Below are positions 36,292 to 43,714 of a stretch of DNA of 59,212 bases, in pieces. Position 1 is the stretch's first letter; every line of letters starts with the position of its first letter. The notes beneath the pieces were generated by a model, which had not been told where the DNA came from, ran no database searches, and saw only the letters and a list, made by a program, of their open reading frames with translations. The translations under genes and the position numbers were made by a program. The DNA lies in the NCBI GenBank assembly GCA_044357355.1, contig JBIKPT010000001.1, forward strand, positions 1-59,212. Reading direction: 5' to 3'. The DNA is from Chitinophagales bacterium. Lineage in GTDB: Bacteria; Bacteroidota; Bacteroidia; Chitinophagales; JADIYW01.

Positions 36292-37476
36292 ATGCACGAA
36301 GTCAATCCACTGATAGAAGAACGCGCCATTTTGGTTGGTATCATTCGCGATAACCAAACGCCTGAACAAGTAGATGAATACCTGGATGAACTCGCATTTC
36401 TGGCAGAAACGGCTGGTGCTGTTACTGTAAAAAAATTCACACAAAAATTAAAACATCCTGATGTACGTTATTTTGTTGGCAAAGGAAAAATGGAAGAAAT
36501 AAAAGCATACAAAGAATATGCTGATGTAAACACCATTATTATTGATGACGAAATTTCACCGGCACAACAGCGCAATTTAGAAGAAGAAATGAAGTGCAAA
36601 ATCTTAGACAGAACCAGTTTAATCTTAGATATTTTTGCCATGCGTGCACAAACGGCACAGGCACGCACACAAGTAGAGTTAGCACAAATGCAGTATTTGT
36701 TGCCACGCTTAAAAGGTTTGTGGACACACTTGGAACGTCAACGTGGTGGAATTGGTATGCGTGGTCCCGGTGAAAAGGAAATTGAAACCGACAGACGTGT
36801 CATCAACGATAAAATTGCCAAGTTAAAAGATGATTTACAAATTTTAGATAAACAAGAGGCCACTCGAAGAAAAACACGAGGCGAACTGATTCGTGTGGCT
36901 TTGGTTGGTTATACCAATGTAGGCAAATCTACCATTATGAATTTGATGAGTAAGAGTGAAGTGTTGGCAGAAAATAAACTATTTGCTACTTTAGATACAA
37001 CTGTTAGAAAAGTAGTTATAGAAAACATCGCATTTTTATTAAGTGATACGGTTGGTTTTATTCGCAAATTGCCACATAATTTGGTGGAAAGTTTTAAATC
37101 TACTTTAGATGAAACCAAAGAATCTGATATTATTGTGCATGTAGTAGATGCTTCACACGAAAATTTCAGAGACCAAATTAATGTAGTGAATGAAACATTA
37201 TCCGATTTAAGTGTTACGCGTCAGCCGCGTTTGGTGGTGTTTAATAAAATGGATTTATACCGCGAGAAACATTTCGACCGTTTTTTACCGGAAGAAATCA
37301 AAAAAGAATTGTCAGAAGATTTTGAAAAAAATATGCGTTCGTGGATGAACTGCAACTGCGTTTTTATTTCTGCTACCAACAAAGAAAACCTGGAAGAATT
37401 AAGAAACACAATGATATTAATGGTGCAGGATATGTATCACAAACGTTATCCTTACAAAACGAATTTTTATAATTAG
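36292..37476 (+). CDS. hflX: GTPase HflX
   Basis: ERAILVG N-terminal HflX domain, GYTNVGKST G1 motif, DTVGFI G3 motif, NKMD G4 motif. Confidence 0.9.
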   Translation: MHEVNPLIEERAILVGIIRDNQTPEQVDEYLDELAFLAETAGAVTVKKFTQKLKHPDVRYFVGKGKMEEIKAYKEYADVNTIIIDDEISPAQQRNLEEEMKCKILDRTSLILDIFAMRAQTAQARTQVELAQMQYLLPRLKGLWTHLERQRGGIGMRGPGEKEIETDRRVINDKIAKLKDDLQILDKQEATRRKTRGELIRVALVGYTNVGKSTIMNLMSKSEVLAENKLFATLDTTVRKVVIENIAFLLSDTVGFIRKLPHNLVESFKSTLDETKESDIIVHVVDASHENFRDQINVVNETLSDLSVTRQPRLVVFNKMDLYREKHFDRFLPEEIKKELSEDFEKNMRSWMNCNCVFISATNKENLEELRNTMILMVQDMYHKRYPYKTNFYN

Positions 37477-37521
37477 ATTGTATTTAAATACAAAAAAACA
37501 AAAGCATTTTTTCATTTTTTT

Positions 37522-37546
37522 CCTTTGTATCTTTTGTGGTAAAAAA
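37522..37546. repeat. Word-doublet spacer element cctttgta-tcttttgtggtaaaaaa
   Basis: Lies between the convergent hflX and metzincin stops. Near-identical core to 46806-46830. Confidence 0.55.
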
Positions 37547-37548
37547 GA

Positions 37549-38220
37549 CTAAGTAACATTATTTTCTTTCACATGCGCCTCATGATATCTATTCGTGAAT
37601 TTACCAACTACAAAAATTCCTCTTTCAATCAACTTGTTTAATAGCAAATTATCAATATCAACCTGCATCACTTTTCTGTTTTGCGGATTTAATGTGCCGC
37701 CTGGTCCGGCAGGCAATGCAGTAACATCATTTTGAAATTCCCGGTCGACCAAAGAACCTCTTGGATACATAATACCTGGTCTGCCTTTGCCAACTATATT
37801 TAACTCCGTTGGATGCAGTAAGCCTAACGAGTGACCATATTCGTGTGCCGCTGTGGTGGAGCCTTTGTATAAATTTGCCAGCTTAAAATAACCGGTATTG
37901 CTTCCAATTCCATCTACGTAAGAAATATCTTTTTTGCTGTATTCTTCAATCCTGAAATAATTGTTTTTGGGATTCACATTTTCTGTTACCGTTTGTGGCT
38001 GCAGCCAACTGTTATATTGAGCTGTAATTTCAAATCGGACAAAAAATGAAGTATTGTTGAATTCAATAATAGCATTCGGTTCATTCCACATCGTTTCAAT
38101 TTCTTCTGCAAGTTGTTTACTAATTTCAAAATCAGCCGCATTTCCATAGCAAATAATATTCGACACAATCGTAATTATTTTTGAGGATGTATTAATTTCA
38201 ATTGTTCCCATATCAGACAA
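37549..38220 (-). CDS. Small metzincin-type zinc metallopeptidase without a signal peptide or propeptide
   Basis: HEYGHSLGLLH (HExxHxxGxxH) followed by a GIMYP Met-turn. 223 aa. The N-terminus MSDMGTIEINTSS is not hydrophobic. Confidence 0.7.
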   Translation of the reverse strand: MSDMGTIEINTSSKIITIVSNIICYGNAADFEISKQLAEEIETMWNEPNAIIEFNNTSFFVRFEITAQYNSWLQPQTVTENVNPKNNYFRIEEYSKKDISYVDGIGSNTGYFKLANLYKGSTTAAHEYGHSLGLLHPTELNIVGKGRPGIMYPRGSLVDREFQNDVTALPAGPGGTLNPQNRKVMQVDIDNLLLNKLIERGIFVVGKFTNRYHEAHVKENNVT

Positions 38221-38229
38221 GATAAAAAA

Positions 38230-38262
38230 CTAATCACTATTCACCAATCACTAATCACTATT
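38230..38262. repeat. Heptamer word array taatcac-tattcac-caatcac-taatcac-tatt
   Basis: Period-7 array of 4.5 units in the divergent metzincin/gmhA spacer. Confidence 0.75.
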
Positions 38263-38277
38263 TCTTATCTTTACACC

Positions 38278-38856
38278 ATGCAAGCAGAAATTAAGGAAAT
38301 ATTAAACGCTTCTATTTCGGTGAAACAGCAAGTACTGGAAAATGAAACGTTATTAAATACAATACAAGCCGTTACAGATGCCATCGTGGCCTGTTTTAAA
38401 AACGATGGAAAATTATTGTTTTGCGGAAATGGTGGTTCCGCAGCAGATGCACAACATTTAGCAGCAGAATTTTCCGGCAGATTTTACACCGACAGAGAAC
38501 CTTTAGATGCAGAAGCATTGCACGTAAACACGTCTTATTTAACAGCAGTTGCCAACGATTACAGCTACAACGAAGTATACGCACGCATTGTAAAAGCAAA
38601 AGGCAGAAAAGGCGATATTTTAGTAGGTTTGTCCACGTCCGGAAATTCAGGAAATATTGTAGAAGCGTTTAAAGTGGCAAAAGAGCGAGGCTTGATTATT
38701 GTAGGATTTACTGGCGAAACAGGTGGGAAAATGAAGCAATATTGCGATTATTTAATCAATATTCCATCTACCGATACACCACGTATTCAGGAATGCCATA
38801 TCACCGTTGGTCATATTATCTGCCAACTAGTAGAAGAAAAGTTTTTCGACTTATAA
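38278..38856 (+). CDS. gmhA: D-sedoheptulose-7-phosphate isomerase (SIS domain)
   Basis: LFCGNGGSAADAQHLAAEF and GLSTSGNSGN SIS motifs. 192 aa. Followed by heptose-pathway genes. Confidence 0.8.
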   Translation: MQAEIKEILNASISVKQQVLENETLLNTIQAVTDAIVACFKNDGKLLFCGNGGSAADAQHLAAEFSGRFYTDREPLDAEALHVNTSYLTAVANDYSYNEVYARIVKAKGRKGDILVGLSTSGNSGNIVEAFKVAKERGLIIVGFTGETGGKMKQYCDYLINIPSTDTPRIQECHITVGHIICQLVEEKFFDL

Positions 38857-38859
38857 AAC

Positions 38860-38879
38860 TTCGCGTCTTTGCGTGAACT
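38860..38879. repeat. Word-doublet spacer element cttcgcgt-ctttgcgtgaac
   Basis: In the 30-nt gmhA-hddC spacer. Shares the 11-mer ctttgcgtgaa with the reverse complement of 13211-13237. Confidence 0.65.
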
Positions 38880-38886
38880 ATAAAAA

Positions 38887-39570
38887 ATGAAACAAGATAC
38901 ACCAGTCATAATTTTAGCAGGCGGTTTCGGCACACGCTTAAGTACTGTCGTCAAAGATGTGCCTAAGCCAATGGCACCGATTAACGGCAAACCTTTTTTA
39001 CATTATATTTTTAAGGAATTACAACATCAGAAAATAAAGCAGGTGGTGCTTTCCGTTGGGCATTTAAAAGAAGTCATTCAGGATTATTTTCAAGATAGTT
39101 ATCATGGAATTTCTATTCAATATGCCATCGAAAATGAACCACTCGGCACCGGTGGCGGCATCAAGCATGCTTTTAATTTTGTAGAAGACGATGCCTTTGT
39201 GCTCAACGGCGATACTTTTTTTGATATCGAATTATCCAAACTAAAAAAAACTGTCGCAGATATTTCCATTGCACTGAAACCGATGTTTAATTTCGACCGA
39301 TACGGAACCGTTGAGTTAAATAATGAGAACAGAATTGTTTCTTTTAATGAAAAAAAATACTGCGAACATGGTTTAATAAATGGTGGTGTTTATTATTTCA
39401 AAAAAAGCTTGTTTGATAAAATTGAAACCACAAAAAAATTCTCTTTTGAGAAAGATATTTTAGAAAAGCATCTGCATGTTTTACAAATCCAGGGCACTGT
39501 TTTTGATAATTATTTCATTGACATCGGCATTCCTGAAGATTATAAACAAGCTCAAATTGATTTTAAATAA
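38887..39570 (+). CDS. hddC: D-glycero-alpha-D-manno-heptose-1-phosphate guanylyltransferase-like nucleotidyltransferase
   Basis: IILAGGFGTRL...KPMAPINGKPFL sugar-1-phosphate nucleotidyltransferase N-terminus. 227 aa. Sits between gmhA and gmhB. Confidence 0.65.
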   Translation: MKQDTPVIILAGGFGTRLSTVVKDVPKPMAPINGKPFLHYIFKELQHQKIKQVVLSVGHLKEVIQDYFQDSYHGISIQYAIENEPLGTGGGIKHAFNFVEDDAFVLNGDTFFDIELSKLKKTVADISIALKPMFNFDRYGTVELNNENRIVSFNEKKYCEHGLINGGVYYFKKSLFDKIETTKKFSFEKDILEKHLHVLQIQGTVFDNYFIDIGIPEDYKQAQIDFK

Positions 39571-39577
39571 TCAACTA

Positions 39578-39657
39578 TCACAGAGAGCTCAAAGTAGCAC
39601 AGAGATTAGCAGCGCTTCTTTGTCCTTTGTGAAAATCTCTGCGTAACTTTGTGAAAC
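39578..39657. repeat. Composite spacer element: cacagag-type words, loop, then inverted ctttgtg-type words
   Basis: The left arm ctcaaagtagcacagagatt (39588-39607) matches the reverse complement of aatctctgcgtaactttgtg (39634-39653) at about 15 of 19 positions. Fills the hddC-gmhB spacer. Confidence 0.6.
39644..39651 (+). promoter_or_regulatory. Candidate -7 box for gmhB with a -33 TTTG at 39619-39622
   Basis: TAACTTTG with a TTTG 21 nt upstream, which is canonical -33/-7 spacing. Lies 12 nt before ATG 39664 and is embedded in repeat element 39578-39657. Confidence 0.4.
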
Positions 39658-39663
39658 AAAAAT

Positions 39664-40200
39664 ATGTTGCAAATAGACAATTCCTGGACACTTTTTCTCG
39701 ACCGCGATGGTGTCATCAACAAAAATATTGATGGCAGTTATGTGCTCGACTGGGACCAGTTTGAGTTTTTAGATGGTGTTCTGGATACCTTGCCGAAATT
39801 GGCTAAATTATTCCATAGAATCATTGTTGTTACCAACCAGCAATGTATTGCTAAAGGCTTGCTGACAGAAGAAACACTCAACGAAATTCATCAGAATATG
39901 ATGAATATGGTAGAACTCAACGGTGGCAGAATTGATGCCGTATATTTTGCACCAGAATTAGAATCTGAAGAAAATACGTTGAGAAAACCGAAAAACGGAA
40001 TGGCTTTGCTGGCAAAAAACGACTTTCCGGAAATTGATTTCACTAAATCTATTATGATTGGCGATAAACTTTCTGACATGAAATTTGGCAAATCTGTTTC
40101 AATGACAACATTCTGCATATCAACTAGTTATAAAAATTCTTCGTTAATAGATTACAAAATCAGTTCACTGACTGCTTTATCGGCACATCTTATTTATTAA
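39664..40200 (+). CDS. gmhB: HAD-IIIA D,D-heptose-1,7-bisphosphate phosphatase
   Basis: LFLDRDGVIN (DxDG nucleophile), VVTNQ, KPKNGM and GDKLSDM HAD motifs. Confidence 0.75.
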   Translation: MLQIDNSWTLFLDRDGVINKNIDGSYVLDWDQFEFLDGVLDTLPKLAKLFHRIIVVTNQQCIAKGLLTEETLNEIHQNMMNMVELNGGRIDAVYFAPELESEENTLRKPKNGMALLAKNDFPEIDFTKSIMIGDKLSDMKFGKSVSMTTFCISTSYKNSSLIDYKISSLTALSAHLIY

Positions 40201-40299
40201 TTTAAAAAAAAAATGGCATAGATATTGACTTTTGTACGAAAAATGCATATATTTATGATCACAAATTTTGTTAACAACCGAAAAAATTCGCAAAAGCCT

Positions 40300-40674
40300 A
40301 TGTGTAGAACGTTTACATTATTGTTTTTATTGTTTGCTTCGATAATTTTTATTCCGAAATCTTCAAGTGCTGCTTCTATGTTTGAAATTTCAAACGCAGA
40401 TGCAAAATTTGGCGAAAAGGATTTAATTAAATTTTATCCAAATCCGATGATTACGGATGCCAATATCAAAATCAGTGAGGAAGTTGATTTGGAAAGAAGC
40501 AAAGTTTCTGTTATTTTTTACAATATCGTTGGAAGCGAAGTGTATAAAATTAATCAGGTAAAAGAGTACGATTTAAAAATATACAGAGAGATATTTAAAA
40601 ATGCCGGCATTTATTTTTATCAGTTGAAAGTAGATGAAAGCGTGATGAGTACCGGAAGAATTACCGTAAAATAA
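40300..40674 (+). CDS. Secreted protein consisting almost only of a T9SS type-A C-terminal sorting domain
   Basis: I place the start at MCRTFTLLFLLF (signal peptide). After about 25 mature residues comes KFYPNPMITDANIKI...GIYFYQLKV...GRITVK, a Por/T9SS CTD. Confidence 0.6.
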   Translation: MCRTFTLLFLLFASIIFIPKSSSAASMFEISNADAKFGEKDLIKFYPNPMITDANIKISEEVDLERSKVSVIFYNIVGSEVYKINQVKEYDLKIYREIFKNAGIYFYQLKVDESVMSTGRITVK

Positions 40675-40695
40675 ATACTCTTTAAAAATAGACAA

Positions 40696-40727
40696 AAAGA
40701 CCAATTTAAAGATTGGTCTTTTTTTAT
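40696..40727 (+). terminator. Rho-independent terminator after the CTD-only gene
   Basis: aagaccaat-ttaaag-attggtctt (9-bp stem), then tttttatt. Confidence 0.75.
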
Positions 40728-40736
40728 TCAAACCAA

Positions 40737-41207
40737 ATGAAGAAAATAGTTGTCATATTTATACTACTGTTGTTTGGATTTTTATTGGCGTGTAAAAAAA
40801 CTACCAACAAACCAACTGACGATTATTTATCTGGAACATTTACGGAACACGTACCTGATGGTACTGCGTATTTTGAAGCTACGTTACAATCATTTTCTTT
40901 TAAGAAAGATAGCTTTACGGCAAAAATTATTTTTTGGATAGATGCTATCGTTATACTTCCAGGAGATCCTTGTCCTAATAAAGGCTACGAAGAAACTTAC
41001 ATAAAAGGCAACTATTCATTAGCAAACGACAGCATTTATTTTACCGGAAAATTATGCGACTCTCTTTACCAGCATTTACAACCTTCTTGCAGTGGTGTGA
41101 GTAATTATAACAAAGCTTTTAAATTTACACAAAACGATACGGCTATTGTTTTAAATGCCGACCGCCAATCGAGTTTTGGGTTAGGTATTATTTTGAGGAA
41201 AGAATAA
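40737..41207 (+). CDS. Hypothetical lipoprotein
   Basis: I place the start at MKKIVVIFILLLFGFLLAC (lipobox), just after a terminator hairpin. No family I recognise. Confidence 0.5.
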   Translation: MKKIVVIFILLLFGFLLACKKTTNKPTDDYLSGTFTEHVPDGTAYFEATLQSFSFKKDSFTAKIIFWIDAIVILPGDPCPNKGYEETYIKGNYSLANDSIYFTGKLCDSLYQHLQPSCSGVSNYNKAFKFTQNDTAIVLNADRQSSFGLGIILRKE

Positions 41208-41287
41208 TTTTTACAAAGAAAATCAGTTTGCGTCAGGCAATAATCTTTCCTGCTTATCTGCTATTTTCAATGCAACGAAAACAATCG

Positions 41288-42367
41288 TTAAACATGCAGT
41301 TTTGAATAATTTGTTTTCTCGCAACCAAATTCATGTACAAAATAATCATCCATTTCATTAGCCTTCACAATCAGGTTGCTCAGGTTTTGTTGTATGTCGC
41401 CGGCAAGTGCCGAAAAAACATCACTCATTCTTACTCTGTAGGATAAATAAATCTGATTGTTGTAAACCGCCAGCTGATAAGGCGACACCGGATTGCTCAG
41501 AATATATTTCAGCAGTGTTTCTAAATTTCCCGTTGGCAGATTATTAATTGGTGATGTTGCATAAAGGTAGTTTTTATCGTACACAAAAATCCGAATCAAG
41601 GCACTTCCGGAATGAAATTCCCAGAATTCATTGCCACTGCGAGCCAGCACCGGATCGATGCCCATATTGCGGATAGCCGTTTCCACAAAGAGAGAAAACT
41701 TGCTGATTTCTTTATCGTCAAAAATTTTCTCGTCAATATTGGCACCGCAGTTCGGACAGTAATCCGTCTTTTCATAAATCAGTGATTTGCACGAATGGCA
41801 TTTCATTGAATACGCATCGGTAGTATTTTGTGCAAAAGTAGCCAGCTCTTCCTGCACTATCTTTGCAGGAATGGCAAACCCAACATTATCTGCTTCGGTA
41901 AATTTTGCAGTGGTGACGCCCACCAGTAAGCCTTCTGCATTCACAACAGGTCCTCCGCTGTTGCCCGGATTAACAGCAGCATCCGTTTGTATGAAATGCT
42001 GTCCGTCCAGCAACTGCCTTTCATTTGATACAATTCCTTCTGTAATGGTATAAGGCATACCAAATGGATAACCCAACACAAAAACCTTATCTCTGCTATG
42101 TACTTCCTGAACAGTATCAAACGGAATATCTGCTGCTGGTGTATGTTGCAGGCTACGCAAAAACGCAATATCTGCTTCCGTATTTACATATACTACTTTT
42201 GCAGGATATCGATTCTGTTGCTGGTTCTCAATTGCTACACTCTTATTGCCTTCTATCACATGGTAATTGGTAACAAAAATATTTTGTGCTTTTAAATAAA
42301 AACCACTGCCGCTGCCGCTTGCCGTGTTTATTTTATATACCGCTTGTTTTAATTCTTCGTGATTCAT
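41288..42367 (-). CDS. Cytoplasmic trypsin-like (S1/HtrA-like) serine protease, then a C4 zinc ribbon, then a module shared with the upstream gene
   Basis: No signal peptide. Triad His36 (TNYHV), Asp66 (EADIAFL), Ser137 (GNSGGPV). CHSC-x10-CPNC at aa 190-207. The aa 222-348 module is homologous to aa 25-161 of 42413-43609. Confidence 0.8.
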   Translation of the reverse strand: MNHEELKQAVYKINTASGSGSGFYLKAQNIFVTNYHVIEGNKSVAIENQQQNRYPAKVVYVNTEADIAFLRSLQHTPAADIPFDTVQEVHSRDKVFVLGYPFGMPYTITEGIVSNERQLLDGQHFIQTDAAVNPGNSGGPVVNAEGLLVGVTTAKFTEADNVGFAIPAKIVQEELATFAQNTTDAYSMKCHSCKSLIYEKTDYCPNCGANIDEKIFDDKEISKFSLFVETAIRNMGIDPVLARSGNEFWEFHSGSALIRIFVYDKNYLYATSPINNLPTGNLETLLKYILSNPVSPYQLAVYNNQIYLSYRVRMSDVFSALAGDIQQNLSNLIVKANEMDDYFVHEFGCEKTNYSKLHV

Positions 42368-42374
42368 GAAATTA

Positions 42375-42401
42375 ATTGTTGAATTGCTGAGTTGCTGAAT
42401 T
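42375..42401. repeat. Word-triplet spacer element attgttga-attgctga-gttgctga
   Basis: Period-8 triplet in the 45-nt spacer between 42413-43609 and the protease gene. Confidence 0.6.
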
Positions 42402-42412
42402 ATAGAATGCGA

Positions 42413-43609
42413 CTAGTTGCCGAATAGTTTGCTGAAAAAACCTTTCTTTTCTTGCTGGTTAGATGTTTGTTGTGTACTGGATGGTGATGCTGTATTTAAA
42501 AATGTGTCTGTTGTAGAAATTTTCTTTACCGCATCAAATAAAATACCTGAAGCTTGTTGCATCGATTTTGCTGAGGCTTCTTCCATAGCTTTGGTTAAGA
42601 CTTCAGCAATTGAATCTTCCACATTATTGCTGTAAAATAAGTTCAGGATTCCATATTCTAAGGTGCAGGTTGCGCCGATATAGTCCATTGCCTTTAATTC
42701 TTTCTCGGCAGTCTCATGTGCATATTTCAAAATATTGCGAATGCTTTCAAGGTTGGTTCTGAATTTATACGGAACAAAAACGTCTATCTTGTACAAATCA
42801 TTCTCAAGTTTTGACTGCTCATAGTTTTGCAGTTTTTTAAGATATTCTTTTCCGCCACTCAGTCGCTGATAATAATCGTCTTTGCTGTTCAGATAAACGA
42901 TTGTTTTTTCAATTTCATTTCTTAAGGTTCCCTGCGGTGCACAGAAATAATCTATTTTCAGTAAGGTAATCACCAACACATCCCAGAGATAACTGGTCAA
43001 TCGCTTATTTTCCAGTTGTTCGTATGCTTCAAAAGCTTCTTTAATGTACTGTTGTATGGTTGTCCAGGCTGCTGCTTTTTGTTCCGATGTGTAAGCATAA
43101 ATTTTCGGTTCCTGTATGCGTTTTGCGCCAAATTTTGAAATAAATTCATCGTCATAATTATCTGCATTAATACAGATTTCGCGCAGCACATCATAAATTT
43201 TGTAAGGCTCGGCAACATTCAAAGGACAACGAAACTTAAAATACAATTGATCGCCTTGCAGTTCAATTCTGGAAACCGATAACGGTGTGAAATTCAATTG
43301 CGCAACCTGTCTTAAGATGGGAACTTGTTTTGCTCCGTCAATAGTTAAGAAAGGTGCTTCAACTATAAATTCAGTATCTGTAATTTTCAAATGCACAATT
43401 ACCGAACCGTGCGGAACATAATATTCTGTTTTGTCGGCATTGGCGAATTTTTTTTCAATTGCAGGATCTATATAATTGATACAGTCGCGAATGGCATCTT
43501 TATAATTTCCATTTTCGTACTGACTGATGACTTTATCCCAAATAGCCACATCTATATTGCTTTTCAGCGATCCTGCCATTGTTCTGTGAAACGATAAGTT
43601 AGTCTGCAT
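42413..43609 (-). CDS. Hypothetical protein: N-terminal module shared with the adjacent protease, a helical domain, and a Ser/Gln-rich tail
   Basis: 398 aa, no TM helix or signal peptide. The N-terminal module ends NADNYDDEFISKFG, against ANEMDDYFVHEFG in the protease. Lies 45 nt upstream of the protease gene on the same strand. Confidence 0.6.
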   Translation of the reverse strand: MQTNLSFHRTMAGSLKSNIDVAIWDKVISQYENGNYKDAIRDCINYIDPAIEKKFANADKTEYYVPHGSVIVHLKITDTEFIVEAPFLTIDGAKQVPILRQVAQLNFTPLSVSRIELQGDQLYFKFRCPLNVAEPYKIYDVLREICINADNYDDEFISKFGAKRIQEPKIYAYTSEQKAAAWTTIQQYIKEAFEAYEQLENKRLTSYLWDVLVITLLKIDYFCAPQGTLRNEIEKTIVYLNSKDDYYQRLSGGKEYLKKLQNYEQSKLENDLYKIDVFVPYKFRTNLESIRNILKYAHETAEKELKAMDYIGATCTLEYGILNLFYSNNVEDSIAEVLTKAMEEASAKSMQQASGILFDAVKKISTTDTFLNTASPSSTQQTSNQQEKKGFFSKLFGN

Positions 43610-43699
43610 AACTGATATTGAATGGCTAAAATACCATTTTTATTATTTTATTTTATTTTAATCAACTTAAAACTCGTGCAGATTTTAATCTTTATTGCC

Positions 43700-43707
43700 T
43701 ATTTTTG
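43700..43707 (+). promoter_or_regulatory. Candidate -7 box for the response regulator (near-leaderless)
   Basis: TATTTTTG, 7 nt before ATG 43715. Confidence 0.3.
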
Positions 43708-43714
43708 ATGTCTT

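Noticed and set aside
37478-37493. Perfect 16-nt A/T palindrome ttgtatttaaatacaa after hflX as a terminator; likewise atgttta-tatt-taaacat at 50511-50528.
   Set aside because: Both are all-A/T stems with no loop or only a minimal loop and no clear T tail. They are too weak to call and are common by chance in AT-rich DNA.
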